Positions 43,867-56,447 of a DNA stretch of 64,000 nucleotides are shown one piece after another. The notes beneath the pieces were generated by a model. It had not been told where the DNA came from and did not search any database. It saw only the letters and a list, made by a program, of their open reading frames with translations. Numbering within the stretch: the stretch's first letter is position 1; every line of letters starts with the position of its first letter. Source of the stretch: the human T2T-CHM13v2.0 reference genome, Homo sapiens; the NCBI RefSeq assembly GCF_009914755.1, contig NC_060935.1; one strand, 5' to 3'. Position numbers and translations under genes: made by a program.

Positions 43867-46800
43867 TGTTGATGCCCCTCTGTCCTCCCAGGGGTCAGAG
43901 GTGCTAACCTGTGCCCCAATGCCCTGGTTGGTCTGGGCCCCTGGAAACCACAGCGAGGGCAGCACGCTCTGGCTGGTCCTCTCCCCGAGGCCGACCCGGA
44001 TGGGGATCCATGGTGCACATGGCCTGGCAGGGCCCCCCATCAGGGAGGGGCAGCATGTGCACAGTGGAGCAGGGGGGCAGGGGACTAGCCGGCAGCATCC
44101 CCTGACTCTCATGGGCCTTTGGGGCTACCAAGGTCAGGGGAGGGGCCCAGGAAACTGGCTGGGCGATGGACTGAAGGGGATCTGGGGTCCACAGATCTGC
44201 CCCAGAATCTGTGATCCCCTGAGTCTCCAGCCCCAAATTACTCACAGGTGCATGTGCACTCAGGGGCCCTGCTGAAGGTGCCTGGGGTTCAGGAGATGTG
44301 AGGGCAATAGGGGAACCAGAGGCATGGGGGCCGAGGGGTGGGGGGAGGGGGATGAGGAGGCCGGGGCTCCCAGGAGCTTAACTGGACCCAGGCACAGGGG
44401 AGCCCCCAGCATGGAGCATCGCCACCCGCCCGCCCGCCCGGGAAGATGAAGATGGAAGCAGGTGCAGATGAACGGCTCTGCCACATGGGAGGCCCATGGA
44501 GCCGACAGCCACTCCTGGGGGTCAGTGTGGCCCTTGCTGTGGACACGGGTGCAAGGAACTGACGCTTTGGCCAGAACCGTGGGCCTTGGGGGCCAGAGCT
44601 CCAGTAGCCCAGGCCACATCTTGGGAGGAATTCTGTTTGTCCAGTGATTCAGAGAAAATAAATAAACGTAGGAAGGCTCCAGATCATGCAGCCCCGCCAC
44701 AAAATCAAATTTACTCTGCCCCCTCCCTGCCCAGAGGGCCCAGCAGGGTCTCAGCTCCCTCTGGGCAAGGGCCACCCAACCCCGCCATGGGTACGTCCGC
44801 CACAGCTCTCCCTCGGGCCCCCTGGTAAAGTCGGGAAGAAATTTAAGCCTCCTTCCTCCTTATTGTGTAAGTTCCTGGCTTGGTAAAAATCTGCCGCCGA
44901 AGCCTGCTCTTTCTGTCAACAGCCGCTGATAATTCATGTGTCAGTTTCCCAGTCCCACCCAGGGTGCCTCCCCTTCCAAAGCCGGAGCGTATCCTGGTCC
45001 CAGCGCTGAGAAACTCTATTGTCTTTCTGTGAAATCATTCTCCAATTCCCACACGAAGCCCTAATCAGGCTTCCTGATTCTGCCACGTCCCCCAGAACAT
45101 GGGCTGTCAGAGGCCCGGCCAGGGGCTGTCCTGGACCCCACGGCCCACCCCGGCCTTGGCGAGACTGAGGGTCACAGGTGCTAAGCTACCATCATTTTCT
45201 GAACCACCAGGCATGAGAGAGGCTATGTTCAGAGCATGGAAGTGGCAGAAATGGCAGAACATGGTGGCTCCACCCCGTTTTGTGGATGAGGACACAGGCA
45301 CTTTGCAGGCCCCCAGTGGTCCCAAGTCTAGGAGGAGGGTGGGGCGGGCTGGCACTGAGCTCACCTCTGGACCCAGCATGCCTGGGCACTGTGGAGATGC
45401 ATGGCTGGGTTCCTCCTAGGGGACCTAGCATGCCTGGACGCTGTGGGGGTGCATGGCTGGGTTCCTCCTAGGGCAGCAGGGCTCTGAGCAGCGGGCTTTA
45501 AATGAGCCATTTAACAGATGGTACAGGAGGGTAATGCACGGGCTCAGGGCCCCACAGCGGGAGCTGCTGGAGTCCTACGCCACCCCCCGCCTGGAAGGGA
45601 AGATGTCTGCTCCACAGAGCCCTGGGGTCCCCTGTGGGCAGGGTGTGTGGAGCTGCCCTCCCCTGGTCTCCCCAGGACAGACCCCCACCCTCCACCCCAG
45701 GTGCCTTAGGGTAGGCGTGGCCTCCCCAGGTCCTGCCAGCCAGAGCCAGGCTGACCCCAGCGGCCCTGCAGGTCACCTCCTAGGGGCTGTGCCCGGAAAC
45801 TGGGATGGAAGCGACAGGCTGGGGGCAGAGTGTGAGCCCAGCCCAGGGCTTGCGATGTTGAAACCAGTGCTTCCCTCCCCTGCTCACCTGGCCAGTAACC
45901 ACCGGGCTGGGGTGTCCTGGCTGGGCTCAGGCCGGGCTGGGGGCCTCTCCTGATGCTGCTGGAGGGCAGACTGGGCCAGGTGCCCCCAACAGTGTGCGCT
46001 CGGCCTGGTGGGGCTGAGAAACCTGGAACATACACACCTGTGGGGGTGTCTAAGGGGCTCCCAGGGAGTTCTGGGGGGTCCTGGGGAGCAGGACCCTCTT
46101 CACTCCCTCCTCCAGGGGAAGTGGCCCTGGGGCACCCCCGGCTGTTCCCCCAGCTCTGTGGGGCCGAAGCCATCCACAGGGGGCTTTCCCCACCGGATGT
46201 GGTGCGGGCCGTGGTTAATCTCACTTGAGTTAGTCACCCAGGACAAACAGCTAACCGACACAATTCCTCCCAAGTCCAGGGGGCCGGAGGCGGGGTCAGC
46301 ACCTGGCGGCAGGAGACAGTGCTGCCCTGGGATGTGGCCGGGCCTCCCTCCATTCCCAATCCTGTTGTCTCTGTGGCAATACCTGGCTGGGAGCTCCTAT
46401 CAGGCCCGTGACCCCCGCCCTTTCTCCAGTGCCCTCCTGTCTGCATTCACCTGTCAGATCCCGAGGAGAGAGGGGCACTGGCGGCCGCCCAGGACCAGAG
46501 CTGTGGGGCCTCCCGCACCAGAGTGCAGTGAAGGTTTGTGGGCTGCGGTCCCGGCGGAGCCCACGTGCCACCCCCATGCACAGCTTTCCTCCTGCACATC
46601 CCACAGAAGCAAAAGCTCCCACCTGCCCGGCACTGTCCCCGCCCTGGGGACCCTCCTGCAAACACTTTCCAGATGACAGGCAGCTGCTGGTCCCAGGCAC
46701 ACACCTTCCCTGAAGGTGCCTCTCACCTGAGGGTGCAGGTTCAAGTCAGGAGGGTGGACTCCTGCCCGGTGGGGTCATCACCCTTCTCAGGGGCTGAGGC

Positions 46801-47775
46801 AGGGTCTGCTTTAGGGGTTGCGCCTGCTTTTCAGACACCGGCCCCCAGGCCCCTGCTGCAGCCCCACCCGGACCGCATGCGCAGCCGTGCCCGCTAAGTG
46901 GTCGGCGCTGCGGGCAGGGTGGCCGGGGCATCAGGGTTCCGAGATGCAAGTGCTGGGCTTGGCTACCACGGGGGGTCGGGAGCTCACGGGGGAAGAGTGA
47001 TCCTGATTTTGAGGCCAAGTCGCTGGTCTTACACCTGTCCTGGCTGCCGGTCTCAGAGCTGACACCGGCCCCAGGCTGGGGGAAGGTATCCAGCCGGCCT
47101 GGCCAGGGCCCCTGCTGGGAGGCAGCAGGAGGAGTTATTGTGCTGGATGGGGGTTGGGAGCTGAGGGGACTGGAGATGGCATGGAGCCCTCCGGTGGGTG
47201 GGACTCCCGGGCATATGCTGAGAGCTTTAGGCCTCAGGGAGGGTTCCCAGGAGGCAGGTGGCTGCGCCACGGCTCGGCCAGCCCTGCCTGCACCCTCTGA
47301 GAGCCCCCAGCAAGGCTGCAGTGACCACCTCAGATTCCCCTCTGAGGCCTGTGGCGTGGCCGGGACCTCACTGCCCCTGGGGACACACAGAAAATGCCCA
47401 CAGAGCTCAGAAACAAGGCCCAGTGGGTTTTCTGGAAAGTTCTGGGTGTGTGGAGCCTGGGGCTGTAGGCTCTGGAACTGTAGGCACTGGCTTCAGGCCT
47501 CCTGAGGCCTCGGCCTGGTGGGGTTTTCATGGGACCAGGTGGTCAGCCCGTGGCCCATGCCCAGGGGTTTTGGGTGCCTGAGCCCAGGCCCCAAGAGGAA
47601 GCCCAGCACAGCCAGGGGTCACCAACACTGGTGGGGGGAAGTCACCCCAGCTGGACCCCAGCAGCGGCCCTGGGTGACGTCTGGCTGAGGGAGGAGAAAG
47701 CTGTGGCTGGGGCGGCAAGGCCTGGGTGGCCAGTTGGCCAGGTGCCCCGGGGCTTGGCCCAGCCTCAGACACGCA

Positions 47776-47888
47776 GGGGGCACTCCCCTCTGAGGGCCAC
47801 GCTGGTGACTCAGACTGTTCAGAGGTCACGGTATGGACTGGGCCAGTGACTCAGGCCTGTCCTCTGTTGGGGGCTGGACACTGACTCA
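47776..47888 (+). promoter_or_regulatory. MUC5AC: MUC5AC distal inducible element: NF-kB-like site plus three AP-1 sites (about -3.6 to -3.5 kb)
   Basis: GGGGGCACTCCCC at 47776-47788; TGACTCA at 47806, 47847 and 47882; position agrees with my recollection of reported distal cytokine/smoke-responsive elements. Confidence 0.75.
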
Positions 47889-48227
47889 CCCACTGCCTCC
47901 TGTCTATCTGAGGGCGTAAGGAGGGCAGGCCTTCAGGCACTCACATGCGGCCCTGGCCAGGGTCCCGGTCACACCTGCAGACCCTCAAGCCCTTCCCTAT
48001 GCCCCACTGACATAACCACCTGGCCCTGGGATCTGGTCCCACCGCGGGGCCCATTGTCCACTACCAGGACCCTCCTCTGCCTTCATCAGCACCAGGCGAC
48101 CTGGTGTCCACTCCTGGGCCAGGGCAGGGGAACCCTGGCTACACCTGGTCGAGTCAGACCTCCTGAAGCACCAGTGGCTGGGGTGGTCCACCCTAACCCT
48201 GTCAGCCGCTCAGCCTTAAATGTGATC

Positions 48228-49960
48228 ACTCGCTCAGTCAGTCGCCACCCACTCACTCACTCACCCACTCACTTATTCACTCACTCACCCACTCACTTAT
48301 TCACCCATTCACCCATTCACTCACCCATTCACTCACTCACTTATTCACTCACTCTCTCACTCATTCATTAATTCGCCCATTCACTCACACTTTCACTCAC
48401 TCACTTATTCACTCATACACTCATTCACTTATTTACTCACTCATTCACTCACTCATTAATTCACCCATTCACTCACTCACTTATTCACTCATAGACTCAT
48501 ACACTCACTCATTCACTCACGCATCCACTCATTCACTCACTCATTTACCCACTCATTCACTCATTCACTCACTCACTCATTTATTCACCCATTCACTCAC
48601 TCATTCATTCACTCACTCACTGACTCATTGACTCATTCCCTCACTCATTCACCCATTCACTTACTCATTCACTCACCCATTTATTCACTCACTCACTCAT
48701 TTACTCATTCATTCACCCATTCACTCACTCACTGACTCATTGACTCATTCACTCATTCACCCATTCACTTACTCACTCACTCATTTACTCACTCATTCAT
48801 TCATTGACTCATTAACTCATTCACTCTCTCATTCACTCACTCACTGACTCATTAACTCATTCACTCTCTCATGCATCCACTCATTCACTCACTCACTGAC
48901 TCACTCATTCACTCACTCATTGACTCACTCATTTGGTTATTCACTCATTCACTCACTCACTGACTCATTCACTCACTCATTCACTGCTCACTTATTCACT
49001 CTTTCACTATCTCTTTCATTCACATTCATTCATTAACTCAGTCACTCACTCATTCACTCTCACTCATTCACTTACTCATTTACTCATTCACTCATCTATT
49101 CATTCACTCATTCACTCACTCATTCATTCACCCATTCACTCATTCATTCACCCATTCACTCACTCACTTATTCACTCATAGACTCATACACTCACTCACT
49201 CATTGACTCACTCACTCATTCACTCATGCATCCACTCATTCACTCACTCATTTACTCACTCACTCACTCATCCACTCACTCACTCATTCATTCACCCATT
49301 CACTCAATCATTCATTCACTCACTCACTGACTCATTGACTCATTCCCTCACTCATTCACCCATTCACTTATTCATTCACTCACCCATTTATTCACTCACT
49401 CACTCATTTACTCATTCATTCACCCATTCACTCACTCATTCACTCACTCACTAACTCATTGACTCATTCACTCACTCATTCCCCCTTCACTTACTCACTA
49501 ACTTATTTACTCACTCATTCACTCACTCATTCATTGACTCATTAACTCATTCACTCTTTCACTCACTCACTGACTCATTCACTCATTCACTCACTCATTC
49601 ACTCACTCACCCACTCATTGACTCACTCATTCACTTATTCACTCATTCACTCACTCACTGACTCATTCACTCATTCACTGCTTGCTTATTCACTCTTTCA
49701 CTATCTCTCTCATTCACATTTATTCATTAACTCAGTCACTCACTCATTCACTCTCTCATTCACTTACTCATTTACTCACTCATTTACTCATTCACTCTCT
49801 CATTCACTTACTCATTTACTCACTCATTTACTCACTCACTCACCTGTTCACTCACTCGCTCACTCATTCACATTCATTTTAACTCACTCATTTACTCATA
49901 GACTCACTCATTTATCCACTTACTTATTCATTACCTCATTCATTCACTCACTCAATCATT
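48228..49960. repeat. MUC5AC upstream complex (TCAC/TCAT)n repeat, about 1.7 kb
   Basis: Nearly G-free + strand; ~0.7-kb higher-order duplication. Confidence 0.95.
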
Positions 49961-51137
49961 TTCCCTTTCCCCACACTCCTGCCACATGTGAAGTGCTCTT
50001 TCTCTAGGCACCTGGGCTAAGACAGGACATGGGGAGGGAAAGGCACAGAAATGGAGAAGTAGGCAATCATAAAGAGCTTGGGACGGGTCCCTAGAGAGCT
50101 GGAAGCAAGTGCTCAGAACAGCCTTGAGGCACCTCTTCGACCCTAACCCCTCTGCAGCAGGACAAAGGGCCCAGCCCAGCCTCTCCCTTTCCTGCCATTC
50201 CTCCCATGGGAGACCTTCTGGTTGGACGCTCCACATGGGCAGTGGAGCAGCCGACCTTGGCTGGGGAGTGTGTGGCTGCCTGGGAGGGAGAGTCTAGCCA
50301 CAGTGTCCAGCCACACACCTGTGGTCTGGGCAAGTGTTCATCACACAACAGCACCTTCTCAGCCAGAGCCCTTCAGGCCAAAGACTCACTGGGACCTTTC
50401 TGTGCTGGGACTGCTCGGACCAGTCAACAGCTTCCTGTCCAGAGGGTACTGAGCATTTCTGGATCTTGGTGGCCAGAGACCATCAAGTGACTTGAACTGG
50501 CCCTGCCCGCCTGGGGTCAGGAGACAGAAGCACAGGTGGACTCCTGGGCAATGCTGGGAGGGGGCTGCATGGTGAGGGAGGGGTTCTATCATTTGCCTGG
50601 AGGCTGCTGCCAGGAGCCCCTCTCCAGGGAGGGTGAGGCTGGCTGGCGCTACTTCAGTGGCAGCATGTGGCTGGCCTGAGGGACGCCTTGGCTCACTCAC
50701 TCCTCAATCACTCATTTACTCATTCATTCACTCACTCAATCATTTTTCCTTTCGCCACACTCCTGCCGCATGTGCTCTCTCTCTAGGCATCCGGGTAAGA
50801 CAAGACATGGGGAGTAAAAGGCACAGAAATGGAGAAATAGGTGACCATAAGGAGCTTTGGATGGGGCTGGGGCTGGCCTCTCCCTCCCAGGCAGCCACAC
50901 ATTCCCCAGCCAAGGTCGGCAGCTCCACTGCCCATGTGGAGGGTCCAACCAGGAGGTCGGCCATGGGAGGAATGGCAGGAAAGGGAAAGGCTGGGCTGGG
51001 CCCCCTGTCCTGCTGCAGAGGGATTAGTGTCAAAGAGGTGCCTTAAGGCTGTTCTGAGCACTCACTTCTGGGCACCAGGAACTCACAGGCTGCTGGGCAT
51101 GGCACGGTGCCCAGGGAGAGTCTAGGGTGGGGTATGT

Positions 51138-51370
51138 GGGGAGGACCCCTGCAGGCCAGGGCTTGGGGGGGCCCTCGGAAACTGGGCTCTACCCGGCAGA
51201 CACACCCATCTCCGCCTGCCACCGGCCGCTGGCCAGCCCGCAGTGAGCACCCACTGTTTACTTGGGTGAGGGGGAACCACAGGCCCCGCCCTGCCCACCC
51301 ACGTGAAGCACGGGGCTGGAGCCAGCTCTGGGGCTACAAAAAGCTCCTGCCACCTTGGGTCCCTCCTCAG
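51138..51370 (+). promoter_or_regulatory. MUC5AC: MUC5AC proximal promoter
   Basis: kB-like GGGGAGGACCCC at 51138, forkhead TGTTTAC at 51255, GC box CCCCGCCC at 51284, E-box/HRE CACGTG at 51300, TATA-like TACAAAAA at 51335; TSS inferred near 51365. Confidence 0.8.
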
Positions 51371-51412
51371 AGGCTGCTGAGGGACAGGGCACTCTTCCCC
51401 GCCGTCCACACA

Positions 51413-51485
51413 ATGAGTGTTGGCCGGAGGAAGCTGGCCCTGCTCTGGGCCCTGGCTCTCGCTCTGGCCTGCACCCGGCACACAG
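51413..51485 (+). CDS. MUC5AC: MUC5AC exon 1, signal peptide MSVGRRKLALLWALALALACTRHT
   Basis: ACAATGA start context; hydrophobic signal; GTACGG donor. Confidence 0.96.
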
Positions 51486-52749
51486 GTACGGCTTGGCCCC
51501 TGGCCGCTCTACTGGTCCTGGGTGGTGCGGTACTGAGTGGGCCTCAGGCAGCTCAGTCTTTGCCCTGGGTTCCGGGCAGGCTGCATGTGCCATGAACGGC
51601 TCCCAGCAGCATAGCCCCTGACTGTGGCCTGGCCACGAACGAGCAGTTTCCCCTTGTGGGGTTGGGAAGGGATCTCTGGGCTTCGCGGACCTCTGAGGCT
51701 GGGCCATTCCCTGAGGCAGGGAAGTAGGAGCTCAGATCTCGGGCTTTCCCTCCCGGCCCGGATCCCTGCACCTGTCCCCAGAAGCCGACAGCACCTGGCC
51801 CACAATATCTCCAGCTGCTCATGGCCCCTGCTGGGCCTGGTCGGGGCATCAGCCCCAGGCACCTGCCCTTGCACACCCCACACATGCCCAGTTCACCAGC
51901 TCACGTTCCCTGTCTGGGCCTCGATGGGGATCTCCTGCGGGGGGAGGTCTCAGCCTCTGAGCTGGGATGTGATGGTGAGGCCCACAAGGGAACTGTTTCA
52001 CCGCCCCCCTCAGGCTAAGAGGGTGATGGGGGAGGCTCCAGGTCCTGTGGTCTGGACTGCCCCTTGCTGGGCCAGCAGGTCCCTTCCTCTGCTTCTGAGG
52101 GACACCTGGGACCGGGTCTGCTGGTGACCATGTGCCCCCATGGGGTAATGCCGGGGTTTGGAGGGGGGTGGGTGCTCCTGGGCTCCTGGAACAGCAGGGC
52201 AGGGACCTCAGCACTGCCGAGACCGCCACATGGCCCACCCAGGTCCCTCGCCCAGCCCTGTCCCCAGCCTCTGGCCCTCTGCCAGGCAGTCTCAGAGCAA
52301 GAAGAACCCTCTCCCGGTGTCTCCGTGCCACCCTCCACTGTGGCCTAGTCGGACTCTGCCCCGCCGTCCCTCGTCTGTACCACCCTCATCTCAGAAGCAG
52401 GAATTCTGTCCCGGGGCTGCTCCCAGGAGAGGGCGGCGCTGGGGCTGGGGTCTGCGGGGGCTCAGAAGGTGGGGGCAGGCCTGGGCTGGGACTAGATAAG
52501 TGAGGCTCAGGCCGTCATCTCCGTCTCCCCCACGGGGCTTGCAGATGCTAACACCCCTCCGCCCACTGACGGATTTGATGCAGTGGGCCCCACTGGGGCC
52601 AGAGGGTGTGAGGGCGAGGGGGGTCTCCCAGCCTGGCCTGAGGACCCCTATGCCAGTTGCGGGAACTGGAAAGCTGGGGCTGGGGTGCAGGCGAATCACA
52701 GCTTTCCCTAAGACCCCTCTCTGCAGGTCCTGGGCTGGGCCGGGCGCCC

Positions 52750-53495
52750 CTCCCACCATGCTGGTGCTGTGCGGGGCTGTGCGGGGCTGTGCGGGGCTGG
52801 GGTCCAGTCCCACGATGATGGTGCTGGGCGGGGCTGTGCGGGGTTGTGTGGGGGGTCTGGTCCCCCCATGCTGGGGTGCTGTGCGGGGCTGTACGAGGCT
52901 GTGAGGGGCTGTGCGAGGCTGGGGTCTGGTCCCACCATGCTGGTTCTGTGCGGGGCTGTGTGGGGCTGTGTGGGGCTGTGTGGGGCTGTGCGGGGCTGGG
53001 GTCTGGTCCCACCATGCTGGCTCTGTGCAGGGCTGTGCGGGGCTGGCGTCTGGCCCCACCATGCTGGTTCTGTGCGGGGCTGTGTGGGGCTGTGTGGGGC
53101 TGTGCGGGGCTGGGGTCTGGTCCCACCATGCTGGCTCTGTGCAGGGCTGTGCGGGGCTGGGGTCTGGTCCCACCATGCTGGCTCTGTGCAGGGCTGTGCG
53201 GGGCTGGCGTCTGGCCCCACCATGCTGGTTCTGTGCGGGGCTGTGTGGGGCTGTGTGGGGCTGTGTGGGGCTGTGTGGGGCTGTGTGGGGCTGGGGCTGG
53301 TCCCACCATGCTGGCTCTGCGACGGGCTGTGCGGGGCTGTGTGGGGCTGGGGCTGGTCCCACCATGCTGGCTCTGTGCAGGGCTGTGCGGGGCTGGGGTC
53401 TGGTCCCACCATGCTGGCTCTGTGCAGGGCTGTGCGAGGCTGTGGTCTGGTCCCACTATGCTGGCTCTGTGCAGGGCTGTGCGGGGCTGGGCCGG
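52750..53495. repeat. MUC5AC intron 1 G-rich VNTR (~47-bp core plus variable 10-bp GGGGCTGTGY subunits)
   Basis: CCCACCATGCTGG recurs about 13 times. Confidence 0.95.
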
Positions 53496-54013
53496 GCTGA
53501 AATCTGGTGACATTCTGCACATTAGCACAGTCTCTATGGACCCTGAAGATCAGCCTCCTGCAGGGTCTGCTGCTTGTAGGGAGGCAGGGTCCTCCAGGTG
53601 GTCTTGGGGCCGACCCCTCCCATGCCTTTGACTGCTCCAGCCCCTCAGTGGGATCACTGTACTGGACAGGGGTCCCAAGCGTGGCAGCGTGGGGGCCAGG
53701 GCCTGGCACGCTTGGCAGTGAGTGGGAATGAATAGATAGGGATGCCAGATCGGGGCGAAGGGTCCTGACGCCACCTGCTCCATGGGGCCAGGCTGAGGAG
53801 ATGCTCCTGGAGGGTCTGGGCTCAGACTTCAGACTCACATGGACAGAGGCCTCCTAGGACCCCCCAACCCAGCACAGAGAGAGCCCTTGCCACGGGCCAC
53901 CCCCACGCACTGTGGCCTCCCGTCCCTCTGGTGTCCATGCTGCATCTGTGGCCGCAGCCTGAGCCCCCTCAGCCACCCTGCATCTGGGCTCAGCCCCCCT
54001 CCTCTTTCTGCAG

Positions 54014-54091
54014 GCCATGCCCAGGATGGCTCCTCCGAATCCAGCTACAAGCACCACCCTGCCCTCTCTCCTATCGCCCGGGGGCCCAGCG
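54014..54091 (+). CDS. MUC5AC: MUC5AC exon 2 (GHAQDGSSESSYKHHPALSPIARGPS)
   Basis: ttctgcAG and GTGAGT; 78 nt, phase 1/1. Confidence 0.93.
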
Positions 54092-54928
54092 GTGAGTCTG
54101 AGTGTCCGGCCCCCACCCTAAGCCTGTCAGATTCCACCCTCCACCGTGTGGCACGGCCCCTAGGGCCACTGGTCTTAGGGTGGCTCCCCAGCTGGCCACT
54201 GCTGAGGACCAAACCTGGGGGGACAGGAGGACACCCCCACATCCATGGCCCTGGTCGGTCACACTACCTGCCTCTCCTTGGGCCAGCCCCCTGCAGCGCT
54301 TAGGCTCTGAAGGAGCTGCAGGGCGGGGCAGATTTGCTGTGCCCATGTCCCGTGGGAGCCGGTCACCCTCCGGGGATCTGGAGCTGGGTCCTGCCTTGGT
54401 GTCCCCCCCGTTCACCTCCTGACGCTTCAGCAACACGGGCATCTCCCTTGGCGCCGGCCGTCCCCATGTGGCTCGTGCTAGCGGGAGCCCGTGGAGGCCC
54501 AGCAGCCCTGGCAGAGGCAGGGCAGGCAAGGGCAGCCAGGGCAGGGGGCTTCAGGCAAACTCTCAGATTGCATTTCTCCAAATCGGGCCAGACAGGCCTA
54601 ATCTCAGCACCTAAGAGATTGTCTTGAGCCGCTGATGCAGACTCAGGTTCTGAGGCCCATGGGCATGTGAGAGCTGGCAGCCCCTGGGGACTTCTTCCTG
54701 GTGACAGCCGGGAGGAATGAAAAAGTCACCGAACGCAGGGTGTGTGGTCACAAGTACACAACGTGCAGATGGTGGGTGGGTGGGAGGGGGCCCAACACGC
54801 AGCAGAATCCGGAGTTGGCTTCGGAGCCAGGAGCTGGGACCTGCTGACTCTGGAACGTCTCCTCTGGCTGCGGAGCCCCCGCCCCACGTGGGGCCGTGCG
54901 TGAATCCTACCAGCCCCTGTCTCCGCAG

Positions 54929-54988
54929 GGGTCCCGCTCCGTGGGGCGACTGTCTTCCCATCTCTGAGGACCATCCCTGTGGTACGAG
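54929..54988 (+). CDS. MUC5AC: MUC5AC exon 3 (GVPLRGATVFPSLRTIPVVR)
   Basis: ctccgcAG and GTGAGT; 60 nt. Confidence 0.92.
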
Positions 54989-55308
54989 GTGAGTGGAGCC
55001 CGGAGGCCTGGGTGGGGAAGGGTCATAGCTTTGCTGAGCTCCCCGCTCAGGCCTGGAGGTGCCGGGTGGAGAGAGGCCCCAGCTTTCCGGGTGAACACTG
55101 GGTGGGTATTGGAGCCAGAGGGCCCAGCATCTCCCTGCACACGTTTCTGGGACTTCCCAGATGCAGGAAGGACCCCTGGGTGCCCCGTCCAGGGCAGCAG
55201 CACCTCCTGCAGGACCCTGGGGAGGGGCAGGAGGTACAGGGCAGAGGCAGGGGGTGCAGGGCGAGGATGAGGGCGACGCCCCCAAACACCATGCTGCTTC
55301 CACCGCAG

Positions 55309-55570
55309 CCTCCAACCCGGCGCACAACGGGCGGGTGTGCAGCACCTGGGGCAGCTTCCACTACAAGACCTTCGACGGCGACGTCTTCCGCTTCCCCGGC
55401 CTCTGCAACTACGTGTTCTCCGAGCACTGCGGTGCCGCCTACGAGGATTTTAACATCCAGCTACGCCGCAGCCAGGAGTCAGCGGCCCCCACGCTGAGCA
55501 GGGTCCTCATGAAGGTGGATGGCGTGGTCATCCAGCTGACCAAGGGCTCCGTCCTGGTCAACGGCCACCC
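55309..55570 (+). CDS. MUC5AC: MUC5AC exon 4, VWD1 (ASNPAHNGRVCSTWGSFHYKTFDG...VNGHP)
   Basis: CSTWGxxHYKTFDG VWD motif; AG/GT boundaries. Confidence 0.96.
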
Positions 55571-55933
55571 GTGAGTCTGGGTTCTGGGATGGTGGGGGCC
55601 ACGCGGCGTGTGGGGTGGCATTTCCGGGTGGTTGCGGGGTTTCGCGGTCCTGGGAGGGATGTGGATTTCTCAGGAAGCCCCTGAGAGCAGAGCTGGACAT
55701 GGGCCCTCCCTCGTCCCCCGAGTGGCCCACCTGCCCCTCCTGGGATCCCCAGGCTCTTATTCTGCCCCTTCCTAGCTCCTCGTGACCCCCGAGCTCCAGA
55801 GGTCAATGTCCCCATCCCAGACGCGACTTCACGGTCACGATGACCGTGTCACATTTGCGACCGCAGGCATCTGCCCTGCCTGGGGTCTCTCCTCACTGCG
55901 CTCCCAGCCCCTCAGCCCTGCCTTCCTCCACAG

Positions 55934-56048
55934 GGTCCTGCTGCCCTTCAGCCAGTCTGGGGTCCTCATTCAGCAGAGCAGCAGCTACACCAAGGTGGAG
56001 GCCAGGCTGGGCCTTGTCCTCATGTGGAACCACGATGACAGCCTGCTG
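55934..56048 (+). CDS. MUC5AC: MUC5AC exon 5 (VLLPFSQSGV...WNHDDSLL)
   Basis: ctccacAG and GTGAGG; phase-consistent. Confidence 0.95.
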
Positions 56049-56356
56049 GTGAGGCTGGGTGGGGGTGTCCCGGTGTGCAACTCCAGCCCTCGAGGGCCGG
56101 CCTGCTCCCACAGCCTCTCCGGAGAGGGTAGAAGGTGCCCTGGGCCCAGTCAGGGTCAGACTCCACCCCACACAGCAGGCAAGAACAGGTGCCCAGACAC
56201 CAATGGTGTCCCGGGGTCTGTGCCCCCAGGATGGAGACTGCTTTCGGGGGTGTCTCTTCCGTGGGCCTCGGCCCCTCCTCGGAAATCTCAGGCTCGAGCC
56301 TCATCTGTCCATCTGCCCCTGGTGGGGATGGGTGTCTGATGTCTCTCCCTTTGCAG

Positions 56357-56447
56357 CTGGAGCTGGACACCAAATACGCCAACAAGACCTGTGGGCTCTG
56401 TGGGGACTTCAACGGGATGCCCGTGGTCAGCGAGCTCCTCTCCCACA
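56357..56447 (+). CDS. MUC5AC: MUC5AC exon 6 (LELDTKYANKTCGLCGDFNG...)
   Basis: TCGLCG motif; ttgcAG and GTAAGG. Confidence 0.96.

Noticed and set aside
51107-51412. N-terminal extension of MUC5AC implied by ORF 51107..51595
   Set aside because: Starts at a non-ATG codon upstream of the TATA-like box and inferred TSS; the signal peptide begins at ATG 51413
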